In this document: positions 31,768-41,965 of the stretch, piece after piece
Layout of the letters: every line of letters starts with the position of its first letter
Numbering within the stretch: the stretch's first letter is position 1
From: Candidatus Omnitrophota bacterium
GTDB taxonomy: Bacteria; Omnitrophota; Gorgyraeia; Gorgyraeales; Gorgyraeaceae
Length of the DNA: 64,000 nucleotides
Direction: 5' to 3'
Assembly: GCA_030649895.1 (NCBI GenBank)
Contig: JAUSEX010000052.1
Span: forward strand, 80,988-144,987
The notes under the pieces: generated by a model
The model's input: only the letters and a program-made list of their open reading frames with translations
Told to the model about the DNA's origin: nothing
Database searches by the model: none
Program-made: the position numbers and the translations under genes

Positions 31768-32895
31768 TTACCGCAACACTTTTTTAATTTCTTTTACCAT
31801 ATAATCCATCTCTTCACTTTTTAACATCGGATACATAGGTAATGTGATAACCTCTTTTGAAACCTTCTCTGTAACGGGCAATCTGCATTTATATTTAAGT
31901 TTATTTTTGTAAAAATAAGACAAATGAGCTGGCTGAAAATATACCTTGGTCATAATACCTTTTGAAGCAAGATGTTGCATCAGTTTGTTTCTATATTTCT
32001 TATTAACTTTTATAGTATATAATTGATATACGTGAAAATATTCATCCGGCGGGTTTGGAGTCATTATCCGGCCTGTTTCCTGAGACAAACTGGTGTTTAA
32101 ATATTCTGAATTTTTTCTTCTCATTTCAATAATATTTTCCACTTTCTCCAGCTGCGAAATTCCTAAAGCCGCTATAACACTCGGCATTCTAAAATTATAC
32201 CCAAGGCTGACATAATCAAGAGGTTTCATAGTCGTAAAATAATCTTCTGTTTCCAACCTGCCATGAGACCTTATCAGTTTGAGCTTTTCACAAATCTGTC
32301 TGGAATTTGTTACTATTGCTCCACCTTCACCTGTCGCAATGATTTTATTCTGGCAAAAGCTAATCATCGCAGAATCTCCAAAGGTCCCAACTTTTTTGCC
32401 TTTTATATTCGCTCCAAAAGATTCCGCAGCGTCTTCTATAAGAATAAGATTATGTTCCTGCGCGATCTTTTTCAACTCCCTTATCCTGCAGGGGCAGCCG
32501 CCATAATGGATGGGGATTATCGCTTTTGTCTTGCGGGTAATTTTCTTCTTAACGTCTTCCGGATCCAATCCAAAGGTTTCTTCTTCTATATCAGCAAAAA
32601 CAGGTTTTGCGCCTACAAATAAAACAGCATTGGCTGTTGAAATAAAAGTAAACGACGGGACAATAACCTCATCCCCTTTTCCTATTCCGTAAGCCAGAAG
32701 AAGCGCATGCATAGCTGAAGTCCCAGAATTAAAAACTATACAATACTTAACGCCGATATAGCCGGAGATTTTATTCTCAAATTCCTTTATACTGAGTCCT
32801 TCTGCCCACTGCATGCCAGACTTAACAACTTTATTAACAGCCCTTACATCTTCATCATCCCAATAAATCTTAAACATTGGTATTTTCCAATTCAT
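31768..32895 (-). CDS. DegT-family sugar aminotransferase (PseC/LegC/PglE-like)
   Basis: DEVIVPSFTFISTANAV...NKIIATGEGGAIVT. Confidence 0.85.
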   Translation of the reverse strand: MNWKIPMFKIYWDDEDVRAVNKVVKSGMQWAEGLSIKEFENKISGYIGVKYCIVFNSGTSAMHALLLAYGIGKGDEVIVPSFTFISTANAVLFVGAKPVFADIEEETFGLDPEDVKKKITRKTKAIIPIHYGGCPCRIRELKKIAQEHNLILIEDAAESFGANIKGKKVGTFGDSAMISFCQNKIIATGEGGAIVTNSRQICEKLKLIRSHGRLETEDYFTTMKPLDYVSLGYNFRMPSVIAALGISQLEKVENIIEMRRKNSEYLNTSLSQETGRIMTPNPPDEYFHVYQLYTIKVNKKYRNKLMQHLASKGIMTKVYFQPAHLSYFYKNKLKYKCRLPVTEKVSKEVITLPMYPMLKSEEMDYMVKEIKKVLR

Positions 32896-33308
32896 AATTT
32901 CTTATCCTTGTTTGTTAATTTTCTTATTACTTTTATAGGAACTCCGTATGCCAGAGAATTAGGAGGGATATCCCTGTTAACAAAGCTGAAAGCCCCTATA
33001 ATTGAATTTTCCCCTATTGTTACTCCTGGCATCACAACGCTATGGGTGCCTATCTTGGAGTTCCTTTTTATTAAAATTTTACCCTTTTTATTATCAATAG
33101 TGGAAACAGTGTATAAAGAACAATGTGAGCCCACCTGAACATTGTCTTGCAATTCAACTTTGTGCTTTGCATTGATATAAGTAAATGCGCCTACATCAAC
33201 ATGTTTTCCTATTTTTAACTTCTCGTGATGCTGGCATTTCCAATGCCATTTTGTCATGCCATTTTTATCAAATCTTGGAGGTTTCCAATTTTCAAATCTG
33301 TTTTTCAT
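32892..33308 (-). CDS. Hexapeptide-repeat acetyltransferase (left-handed beta-helix)
   Basis: GTHSVVMPGVTIGENSIIGAFSFV. Confidence 0.75.
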   Translation of the reverse strand: MKNRFENWKPPRFDKNGMTKWHWKCQHHEKLKIGKHVDVGAFTYINAKHKVELQDNVQVGSHCSLYTVSTIDNKKGKILIKRNSKIGTHSVVMPGVTIGENSIIGAFSFVNRDIPPNSLAYGVPIKVIRKLTNKDKKL

Positions 33309-33310
33309 AT

Positions 33311-34453
33311 TTAATAAGTTATCCTTTTCTGTAATAATTCGTTATTGATTTTTATCCTGCGAAGTTCTTTTACAATCCGGCTGCTTACTTTTCCGTCTCC
33401 ATATGGATTTCCGCATTTTTTCACTTTCTTCTTAAACGCGGCATTATGGATAGCTTTCTTTATCGCTTTTTTTATTTTTTCTCTATCATAGCTGACATCT
33501 ATGACATTTTCTGCCCTTTCCCTACCGTCTTGCCTTGTTCCGATATTTACAACCGGCAAATGAAAAGAAGAAGCTTCGATAATCCCGGAACTGGAATTGC
33601 CCACAAGAACACCAGTTGCTCTCATTAAACTAAGATATTCCCTTCGGATTATACTCTTATATATATGGATAAACGGATATTTTCTGTATTTTTTAATAAC
33701 CTTTATCATCCCTCTTCCACCACTATCTGCATTTGGATAAATAACAATTGCTTGATATCCAAGTTCTCTTATCGCTTCCATGGTTTCCAACATATGCCTT
33801 AACGATTGTTTATTATCAATTGATACCGGATGCTGGATTACCATTAAAAAAGGGTTAGTTGTATCCAAATTATATTTTTTTGCTATACGTTTGGGAGGAA
33901 TGAGCTTCTCGCGCAAAATACTTTCTAACCCCGGAGCGCCTACTACATGAACTCTCCATGGGTCTTCACCCATTTCTATTATTCTTTTGGCGGATTTTCT
34001 TGTAGCCGCAAAGTGGACATGAGAAAGTTTGGTTATTGCATGGCGGGTAATTTCATCAACCGTAGAGGTAACATCTCCGCCATGTATATGAACAACAGGA
34101 ATCATCGAATATGCGCCTACTATAGCGCCGGCTAACATCTCAGCCCTGTCTCCAAGCACTAACACAATATCCGGCTTAACCAATTTGATCTTTTCTGTAA
34201 ATTTTAGAATAAACCCGCCAATAAAACTTGCCATTGACTCTCTGTTGTCATCTTTATATACAGCCTTAACAGCATGAATCTTAAATTTATCTTTTTTAAT
34301 CTCATCTATGGTATTCCCAAATTCAGACATTAGATGCATACCTGTAACAACTATTTCTATTTTTAATCCAAGGCGTCTCTTGATAGAAATAAGCGTCTCT
34401 CTCATTAAACCGTAATCCGCCCTTGTTCCTGAAATATACAAAATTTTTCTCAT
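33311..34453 (-). CDS. NeuC/LegG-type UDP-N-acetylhexosamine 2-epimerase (hydrolysing)
   Basis: ILYISGTRADYGLMRETL. Confidence 0.8.
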   Translation of the reverse strand: MRKILYISGTRADYGLMRETLISIKRRLGLKIEIVVTGMHLMSEFGNTIDEIKKDKFKIHAVKAVYKDDNRESMASFIGGFILKFTEKIKLVKPDIVLVLGDRAEMLAGAIVGAYSMIPVVHIHGGDVTSTVDEITRHAITKLSHVHFAATRKSAKRIIEMGEDPWRVHVVGAPGLESILREKLIPPKRIAKKYNLDTTNPFLMVIQHPVSIDNKQSLRHMLETMEAIRELGYQAIVIYPNADSGGRGMIKVIKKYRKYPFIHIYKSIIRREYLSLMRATGVLVGNSSSGIIEASSFHLPVVNIGTRQDGRERAENVIDVSYDREKIKKAIKKAIHNAAFKKKVKKCGNPYGDGKVSSRIVKELRRIKINNELLQKRITY

Positions 34454-35508
34454 GCCAAATCCTTGAAATTAATCAAACTGTCTTTAGCGATATTCACCCT
34501 AGCTCTTTTTCCTATAACCTGATTCATCAATGCCGGCGGAATACCTGTGCCGGGCCTTTTTATATCAATCATCTCCCTTGTCAAGACAGCGCCCTTGGGC
34601 ATATAAACACTTGAAACTACGCTTTTTCTTACTACTTTTTTTATCATGTCCTCGCTCTTTGCCGGCCTCTTTATCCCATCCCCCATGGACATTCCCACAT
34701 CCCTAATAGCCTTTACCATTTCTCTAAATTCTTCCGGCTCCAAGGATGCCTTATGGTCAGGCCCGGACATGCTTTTATCAAGCGTAAAATGTTTCTCTAT
34801 TACGCTTGCGCCTAAAGCTACGGCCACTATCGAAGCGATAATACCTGTGGTATGGTCGGAAAACCCTACGGGCAATTTAAAAAAGCGTTTCATGGTCTGT
34901 ATCGTCCTTAAATTAACATCCTTTATGGACGCGGGATAATTTGTAACGCATTGAAGCAGGGTTATATCCTTAACGCCTTCTTTTCTGATTACTCCCAATG
35001 CCGCCTTTATTTCCTTTAGATCAGACATCCCAGTAGACAAGATAACAGGCTTTCCTTTCCTAGCTATATGTTTAAGCAAAGGTATATTTGTTATTTCTCC
35101 GGACGGTATTTTAAAAATCCTGATACCTATTTTATCCAGCGCATCCGCGCTTTCTTTATCAAAAGGTGACGATAAAAAAATGATATTTTTCTTTTTTGCA
35201 TAGCCTGCTATCTTTTTAAACTCGCCGGCGGTAAGTTCTAGTTTCTTTAGCATCTCCAATTGCGTTTCATCTCTATCTGTAACGTTTTTCTGATATTCAG
35301 CTTTCGGAGCGCATACGGAAACAAGCGACTCAGCCTTAAAAGTTTGAAACTTAACCGCGTCAGCGCCCGCCTGGCTTGCCGCATCTATCAATCTCTTAGC
35401 TATTTTAATAGAGCCATTATGATTTACGCCTGCCTCGGCTATAATAAACACTTTATCTGTTACCGTCCTTTTATTTCCTCTTTTTAAAAACATGGTTTTA
35501 CGCCCCAT
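34450..35508 (-). CDS. NeuB-family nonulosonic acid synthase (second copy)
   Basis: VFIIAEAGVNHNGSIKIAKRLIDAASQAGADAVKFQTF. Confidence 0.85.
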   Translation of the reverse strand: MGRKTMFLKRGNKRTVTDKVFIIAEAGVNHNGSIKIAKRLIDAASQAGADAVKFQTFKAESLVSVCAPKAEYQKNVTDRDETQLEMLKKLELTAGEFKKIAGYAKKKNIIFLSSPFDKESADALDKIGIRIFKIPSGEITNIPLLKHIARKGKPVILSTGMSDLKEIKAALGVIRKEGVKDITLLQCVTNYPASIKDVNLRTIQTMKRFFKLPVGFSDHTTGIIASIVAVALGASVIEKHFTLDKSMSGPDHKASLEPEEFREMVKAIRDVGMSMGDGIKRPAKSEDMIKKVVRKSVVSSVYMPKGAVLTREMIDIKRPGTGIPPALMNQVIGKRARVNIAKDSLINFKDLA

Positions 35509-37267
35509 TAAGCACCTGCTGTTTTACCATATGGCTGAAATAACCGCCTTTCTGGATAAGCGCTGCATAACTGCCTTCCTCTGCAACTCTGCCATTCTTA
35601 AGCACATATATATAATCCGCATTTGCAACTGTAGAAAGCCGATGAGCAATAACAAGAACTGTTGTTTCTTTCGCAATAGCTTCTATGGACTGCTGAATCA
35701 GGCGTTCTGAATATGTATCCAATGCGCTAGTAGCTTCGTCCAAAATAAGAAGATCGGGCTTACGCAATATTGCTCTGGCTAACGCAATCCTCTGGATTTG
35801 GCCGCCTGATAAACGCACGCCTCTATCACCTACCAACGTATTATAACCTTCTGGAAATTTTTCAATAAATTCTTCCGCATTTGCCTGGCGGCAAGCCTCT
35901 TCAATTTCAGCTTCATTAGCGTCGGCTTTTGACCAGCGCAAATTGTCCATAATAGTTGTATTAAAAAGAACGCTATCCTGCGGCACATAACCAATCCTCT
36001 GGCGATAAGAGTTGATATTAAAATCCTGTATAGCCGCGCCATCAAACGTAATACTTCCTTTCGCAGGTTCATTAAAACCCATTATCATATCAATCAAGGT
36101 TGATTTTCCCGCTCCGGATTCACCCACAAACGCAACCATCTTTCCTTTAGGAATACGCACATTGATATCAATCAGAACTGGCTCATTGTCAGGATACGCA
36201 AAAAAAACTTTATTCATAGTTATTTCCCGCTCAAACCCTTTGAATATCTTTGCGCCTGTCAGTTGTTTAAGCTGGCTGGCGCGGTTCCTTAAGTTCATAA
36301 CCTGTTCATAACTCGGGAAAAAATTATCTAATGAATTTTTCTGCGCTATTAAATCTGTAACGCAGGGGACAATCCTTAGAAAAGAATATAATAATACCGC
36401 CGCTTCTGACAGGGAAAGGCCGAATCTCCGCGATATAAACATGCCGATAATCAATACCAGCACGCCGAACGGATAATACATCAATGGTATTGCAACGCCT
36501 AATGTCTGCGATTTAATTGTCGCCTTTGAATGGCTACTAAAAGCATCATCCAATGCCTTTACGCTCTTGCCCTGATTGCCAAATCCCAGTATTACCTTTG
36601 CCATGCTGAGATTTTCTTGTATGACTGAACCCATATGATTCGCGGTAGAAGTATTTTTCTTGCCCAATCTGTAATTCATCCTTCCAAGCAAGACAAAAGG
36701 CAAGGCAAACAATAACGCGGAACCCATGCAGATAGACGTAACCCTCCAGGAAAGGTAAAAAGGCACCACGAGACAGAATGCCCCTTCTAAGAACCTGGCA
36801 AAAAAACGCGCCATAGCTCCAAAAGAATCTCCTACTACATTGATCTCGCGTATAAAGGTATTTAAAATCGCGCCCTGCTTGGAGCTGTTAAAAAAATACC
36901 ATCTGGCCTGAAAAAAGTCCTCAAACGAGCCTATCATGATATCGCGCATAACCCTGTATTTTGTCTTGAATATCAGGCGCTGGGCAAAAATCAGAAAACT
37001 AATTTTAAGCACGCTAAATAAAAGAAAAGCGATAAAAAGCCGGCTTAATGTAACTGAAAAACCAACCGCTTTCATCGCTTCAATTATCTTTTGGGTAACA
37101 GGACTGATATCTTTCAAACCAGGTTTAACCAGGAAATCGATAATTGGGATAAGGGCAAAAACCGACACCGCATCAAATAAACCCCCTACAAAAAGCAATA
37201 ATACATTACTGCTTAGCAAAGCAGGATATTTTTTAAAAATATCGCGAATAAAAAGAGATGCTTTCAT
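35498..37267 (-). CDS. ABC exporter, fused permease + ATPase (MsbA/Wzk-like)
   Basis: N-terminal 6-TM region. GESGAGKSTL Walker A. LSGGQIQRIALARA signature. Confidence 0.85.
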   Translation of the reverse strand: MKASLFIRDIFKKYPALLSSNVLLLFVGGLFDAVSVFALIPIIDFLVKPGLKDISPVTQKIIEAMKAVGFSVTLSRLFIAFLLFSVLKISFLIFAQRLIFKTKYRVMRDIMIGSFEDFFQARWYFFNSSKQGAILNTFIREINVVGDSFGAMARFFARFLEGAFCLVVPFYLSWRVTSICMGSALLFALPFVLLGRMNYRLGKKNTSTANHMGSVIQENLSMAKVILGFGNQGKSVKALDDAFSSHSKATIKSQTLGVAIPLMYYPFGVLVLIIGMFISRRFGLSLSEAAVLLYSFLRIVPCVTDLIAQKNSLDNFFPSYEQVMNLRNRASQLKQLTGAKIFKGFEREITMNKVFFAYPDNEPVLIDINVRIPKGKMVAFVGESGAGKSTLIDMIMGFNEPAKGSITFDGAAIQDFNINSYRQRIGYVPQDSVLFNTTIMDNLRWSKADANEAEIEEACRQANAEEFIEKFPEGYNTLVGDRGVRLSGGQIQRIALARAILRKPDLLILDEATSALDTYSERLIQQSIEAIAKETTVLVIAHRLSTVANADYIYVLKNGRVAEEGSYAALIQKGGYFSHMVKQQVLNGA

Positions 37268-37275
37268 GAGCCGCC

Positions 37276-38505
37276 TTACTCCAATAATCCCTTGTTCTGC
37301 CGCAAAAATTCTGCGCCGATCCTTGAAACAATCTTACCGTTAAATCTGCTTGGCCTAAATAATAACCTGAACATCTTCTGCAATTTTTCATCCTTTTCTG
37401 TTGTTTTCCATTCTCCTTTAAGCCTTTCATCCATCTCAACCGCGACCGAAGTAATTTCTTCCGGAGTATTTTCTATAACTTCTATACCTAGCTTTTCATA
37501 TTCTTCAGTATTATACATTCTTCCTTTTTCTGATCCAAGAATCTCGCGAAAAGTTAAAAAACGGCTCTCACCGCGCAGCCAGAGTTTTTTGGGAATAAAT
37601 AAATAGTCAGAAGACCATGTGGGCACATATTCAAGAGGGACCATATTTACTATTGCCAATGGCCGCCTGAATATAACAGGTATGGCATGAAAACCGCAGG
37701 AATCACCTAAATAAAAATGGCATTTGGCGCCCAAAAATATATCAAGAAATTCTGTCCTATGTTTTACAGCATAATCAACGATCATAGGATTTGTAGTTTC
37801 GAGCGGCTGTTTAACCATAGTACCCATTCTTAGCGCAAAATATCCTCTGCGCGTCAGTTCCTCAATTGTAGAGACAAAATTTTTAATATTCGAATCCCTG
37901 TAGTCATGATAACTCCAGTTATCATCTGGACTCAGCTTATTTAAATAAGCTGAGTCTCTTGAAAGAAAGCAAATAAACGAAGCCCCCTTTGATATACCCA
38001 GTTTCTGAAGCTCCTTCTGCCCAAAAAGTTCTTCTTCAAGAGTAAAAGAAAGATGCGGCTGTGTGCTCTCCAATAAACCACAGATGTCTCTATCTGTAGC
38101 TATTGATGAAATTTCATGGCTTTCCCATCCGGGGATAAAACGATTTATCTTATCCAACCAATTCGCTATAGGCGAAATACGCAATACGCGCCTCCACATC
38201 TTTTCTAACTGCCGATTACAAATAAAACTGGTATGATAAAAAATATCAAGCTTACGGCTTTTGTTTTTATTAAAATCGCGGTCACAAAGATATAACTCGA
38301 TATTACCCGCAAAATGACCTATCCTGCTGCTAATCAGCCCTCCAAATCTTATTAATACCAAAGGCCGCAAAAGGCGTATACACAAAACCATTAACAATAA
38401 TACCGGCGTTAATAAAACAATACCTGTTTTACGTAACAACATTAATAATCCGCCATTGCGAATTTGGGTAACCTGATTATTTAAAAGGGTTTTTAGATTT
38501 TTCAT
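37276..38505 (-). CDS. Hypothetical membrane-anchored 409-aa protein; possible glycosyltransferase
   Basis: N-terminal TM segment. Distant resemblance to the 1378..3168 product. Confidence 0.35.
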   Translation of the reverse strand: MKNLKTLLNNQVTQIRNGGLLMLLRKTGIVLLTPVLLLMVLCIRLLRPLVLIRFGGLISSRIGHFAGNIELYLCDRDFNKNKSRKLDIFYHTSFICNRQLEKMWRRVLRISPIANWLDKINRFIPGWESHEISSIATDRDICGLLESTQPHLSFTLEEELFGQKELQKLGISKGASFICFLSRDSAYLNKLSPDDNWSYHDYRDSNIKNFVSTIEELTRRGYFALRMGTMVKQPLETTNPMIVDYAVKHRTEFLDIFLGAKCHFYLGDSCGFHAIPVIFRRPLAIVNMVPLEYVPTWSSDYLFIPKKLWLRGESRFLTFREILGSEKGRMYNTEEYEKLGIEVIENTPEEITSVAVEMDERLKGEWKTTEKDEKLQKMFRLLFRPSRFNGKIVSRIGAEFLRQNKGLLE

Positions 38506-38510
38506 CGTAT

Positions 38511-38560
38511 ATGCTTCTCGACTTCATTCACTTCGTTCATTTCGCTCGAAGAATATTAAG
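38511..38560. repeat. Intergenic palindromic element copy R1. Its AATATTA end overlaps the TAA stop of the upstream gene.
   Basis: CTTCTCGACTTC...TTCGCTCGAAGAATATTAAG. Confidence 0.7.
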
Positions 38561-39440
38561 TCGTTAATAGTTCTCCAATAACCGTATCAATAGTCTGCCA
38601 TACATCAGGCGATTCTATACCTAATACACTTTTAAGACGGTTGGTATTTAATGTGCTATACCGCCCTCCTGTTTCCTTATCTTCATCTATCTTCGAAGCT
38701 TCCGTCGGATTCACTAATTTCGGGTCACATTTCAGCAATTCCGCTATTCTACACGCGATATCAGCATATGAGATATCCTTGTCTCCCGATACTTGTAAAA
38801 GACCTGAAATCTTTTGCGAAGCAGCTAATTTTAAAACCGATACCGCGAATGACAACGAAACAGGCGATATATACTTATCTTTAAAAGGATATATTGCCCT
38901 ATCCTCCTTAAAATCGTTTATCCATTTGGAAAAAAAAATATTTTCTTTTCCAAGTATTTTCGTAAAACGAACAACTGTTACAGAATCTTTCCATTGATTT
39001 ATTAATCGTTCTGTTTCCGCTTTTTGCCGCCCGTATTCAGTAACCGGAGAAAAAGGTTCCTCAGGCAAACAATATGGAATCGAACCATCAAATACCTGAT
39101 TTGTAGATAGATAAATTACAAATATGCCTTTATTTATAAGATTTTTTATTAACTTACAAGTTCCATCTACATTTACACGCCTTGATGTATCAGGATCACG
39201 TCTACATTCTTCTAATTTTGTCACGCCTGCACATATAAAAGCTGTATCAATGCCTGATGGAAAACTCCAGGATTCCGGATTATCCAAAAGATCCAGGTAA
39301 AGATGCTTTTGGCCTACGGTATCTCGGCATCTCGTAGTGCCAATTACTTCTTCACCAGACATCTCGAAATACTGCGTTAATGCTTTACCTACAAGGCTGT
39401 CTGACCCTACAATTAGTTTAATATTTTTTGGAGCCATCAA
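38556..39440 (-). CDS. RmlD-substrate-binding-like SDR (sugar nucleotide reductase/epimerase)
   Basis: IKLIVGSDSLVGKAL...YGRQK. Confidence 0.6.
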   Translation of the reverse strand: MMAPKNIKLIVGSDSLVGKALTQYFEMSGEEVIGTTRCRDTVGQKHLYLDLLDNPESWSFPSGIDTAFICAGVTKLEECRRDPDTSRRVNVDGTCKLIKNLINKGIFVIYLSTNQVFDGSIPYCLPEEPFSPVTEYGRQKAETERLINQWKDSVTVVRFTKILGKENIFFSKWINDFKEDRAIYPFKDKYISPVSLSFAVSVLKLAASQKISGLLQVSGDKDISYADIACRIAELLKCDPKLVNPTEASKIDEDKETGGRYSTLNTNRLKSVLGIESPDVWQTIDTVIGELLTT

Positions 39441-40507
39441 ACAAACTCCAGATGTTCTTTGTCCGCGTTAAGATAATCAAAAATAAGCCTGTTTTTAGCA
39501 TCAGCTACACAGTGGTGATTGCAATTGCGAGACGGATTAATCTTGAAAAATTTTTCTTTATCTCTGAACCAGAAATCCTTAAATCTCTTCTCTTTTATAG
39601 AGCCGACCAATCCCTCGCTAAGATTATAAGCTTTGTCCTGGCATGGATATATATTAAGATCAGCTCCTATGATCGGCAAAATTTGTAAATAAGGGCACCA
39701 TGTATATATCTTATTAAACGTCTCAAGCTGGGCATGATATGAATCAAATATCTCGAAACTTTCATTCGAAAACTCATGCAATGCTTTTTCTATCTGAGCT
39801 TTCACTTTTTTTAAAATAGGTTTGTGATACATGTTGTTTTTAATACCGTCGTTATCTATAATACACGGGGAAACTTTAACGCTGTTCACGCCTATATCCC
39901 TGAGTATCTTAATAAGGCCATATATATGCGATGAATTTTTCTTATCAACTATGATATTGATACCCAGAAAACATGCGCCTTTGAGTTTCTTAAAATTTCT
40001 TATATTATTTATCACTTTAGTAAATTCACCGTCCGGAACCCGCCTATAGAAAGAATAGCTTTTATCATCCCATCCATCTATAGAAATCCTTAACCAAGCA
40101 GCATGGCAGGCAAAAATTTCCGCTAATTCTCCGTTAAGTTTCGAGCCGTTCGTTAAACACGCGAATTTGACTTTCGTCTGAGAAAGCTTTTTTACGGTAT
40201 CCAATAAATATAAATAGCAAAAAGGATCTCCACCCCCACTGAATGTAACAGCCTTTACGCCGATTTCCGCGATATCGTCGATGATCTCCATCATCTTTTC
40301 TTTCGGTATATAATCTTTTCGCGCCATATCCTTGCCAAGCTGTTGATTATCCGATCTATACGCGCAATATAAGCAATTATGATTGCACGTATTCGTAGGT
40401 TTTATGCGTATATGAATAGGCGCCATTATGTTATTCGCAGACAACGGCAGTGAATCCAGCTTATCTTTAAAATGGAATATTTTCATCTTTGTATATAAAA
40501 ACCCCAT
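39437..40507 (-). CDS. Radical SAM protein (CNHxCxYC type, Cys-rich C-terminus)
   Basis: TNTCNHNCLYCAYR. C-terminal CPYLQ...CNHHC. Confidence 0.7.
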   Translation of the reverse strand: MGFLYTKMKIFHFKDKLDSLPLSANNIMAPIHIRIKPTNTCNHNCLYCAYRSDNQQLGKDMARKDYIPKEKMMEIIDDIAEIGVKAVTFSGGGDPFCYLYLLDTVKKLSQTKVKFACLTNGSKLNGELAEIFACHAAWLRISIDGWDDKSYSFYRRVPDGEFTKVINNIRNFKKLKGACFLGINIIVDKKNSSHIYGLIKILRDIGVNSVKVSPCIIDNDGIKNNMYHKPILKKVKAQIEKALHEFSNESFEIFDSYHAQLETFNKIYTWCPYLQILPIIGADLNIYPCQDKAYNLSEGLVGSIKEKRFKDFWFRDKEKFFKINPSRNCNHHCVADAKNRLIFDYLNADKEHLEFV

Positions 40508-40518
40508 GACGCTATCCT

Positions 40519-41952
40519 TTATTTAATTGACTGAAACGCGCTGTTAAAAGTCCGCTTTCGCGTCTCTTTTAATTCGTCCTCAGTCATGCCCATCATCGCC
40601 GCGGTCTTTTTGCGTTTTTCCGGATTTGTAAAATTAATCCTATCCCATTCATAAGCTCGTAAAATAGTGAGGTCTCGACTAGAAAACTCTTTTGTCTCAA
40701 TCTGGCCGACATTCCACATGCCTTCTGATTTGTCGAATTCTTCTTTAAAGGCGCTTTCTTTTTCGCAAAGTTCCCATAATTTTGTATTTCGTAACGGCAT
40801 AGCTGTGAATATTTTCGCGTAATCCACATCTATATCTTCGGCGAACTTTATGGTCTGCCTGATCTCGTCCCACGTCTCCGTGGGGAAACCTATTATAAAA
40901 TTGGCCGCAACATAAATGCCTTCTTTCTTAGCTGACCGGGCCATTTCTTTGGCTTGCTCAAAGTTAACCGGCTTTTTTATTATTTTTTTCAACACCCTTT
41001 CGGTCCCAGACTCGATAGCTATGTCTATATACTCGCAGCCGCTTGCCTTCATCAGCTTAATCAGCTCTTCATCTAATTTAAAAACCGCTACGGCTATACT
41101 GGCCCAGGGCATAGCAATATCCCTGTCAATCATTCCCTGAAAAATATCTTTGGCTCTCTGCCTATCGGTAAAAAGATTATCGTCGTCAAAAATAAGGGAC
41201 TTAATTCCGTATTCTTTTTTTAACCACGCTATTTCATCTAATACATTTTTCGCGCTCCGCGGCCTGAACTCCCTACCGGAAATTACCTCTACCTGACAAA
41301 ATGAACACCCGTAAGGGCAACCCCTCGAGGTCATGATGCGCGCGTAGGGATATTTCCTGGGAGAATCAACGCTTTTTCTGTGAGCACTATTAGCGTAGTT
41401 TTTAAAATTTATCAGGTGATATGCCGGCAATGGGATATCATCTAAATCTTTGATAAAATCAGCGTGGCCTGTATTAACAATCTTTCCGTCTAAACTATAA
41501 CAAACGCCCTTTTGAGGAAGCGGATTTTTTTTCATGACATACCCTATTAAATCCCTAAGCGCATATTCGCCCTCGCCTACAACAACAAAATCAATGTTAT
41601 TATCCTTTACAGCCCTCTCCGGGTTTACTGTAGCATAAACCCCTCCCATCACTACAATAATCTCTCTATTAATAGATTTTGCTATTTTTGCTGCTGTATG
41701 TCCGGAAGAAGCATATTGATCCATAAGAACCGTAATCCCCACAATGTCAGGATTAAGTTTTCTCAATTCAGATTTAAACGCATCCTCGCTCATATTTGAC
41801 GTATAAGCATCTAAAATACTAACGTCGCAGATATCCTTTATTACCGCAGCTAAAAGACAGAGATTGTAAGGGGTATAATGCCATAGCGCATTTATATCAG
41901 AATTTACCCAGCGAAAATTTGGCACAACCAGGACTACTTTTAACTTTTTCAT
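40519..41952 (-). CDS. B12-binding-domain radical SAM protein (class B)
   Basis: TSRGCPYGCSFCQ. Confidence 0.75.
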   Translation of the reverse strand: MKKLKVVLVVPNFRWVNSDINALWHYTPYNLCLLAAVIKDICDVSILDAYTSNMSEDAFKSELRKLNPDIVGITVLMDQYASSGHTAAKIAKSINREIIVVMGGVYATVNPERAVKDNNIDFVVVGEGEYALRDLIGYVMKKNPLPQKGVCYSLDGKIVNTGHADFIKDLDDIPLPAYHLINFKNYANSAHRKSVDSPRKYPYARIMTSRGCPYGCSFCQVEVISGREFRPRSAKNVLDEIAWLKKEYGIKSLIFDDDNLFTDRQRAKDIFQGMIDRDIAMPWASIAVAVFKLDEELIKLMKASGCEYIDIAIESGTERVLKKIIKKPVNFEQAKEMARSAKKEGIYVAANFIIGFPTETWDEIRQTIKFAEDIDVDYAKIFTAMPLRNTKLWELCEKESAFKEEFDKSEGMWNVGQIETKEFSSRDLTILRAYEWDRINFTNPEKRKKTAAMMGMTEDELKETRKRTFNSAFQSIK

Positions 41953-41965
41953 ATTCTATCTCTAT

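Noticed and set aside
31495-31824. 109-aa plus-strand ORF spanning the 31596-31767 gap
   Set aside because: It is AT-rich and low-complexity, has no RBS, overlaps two minus-strand gene ends and has no recognisable domain.
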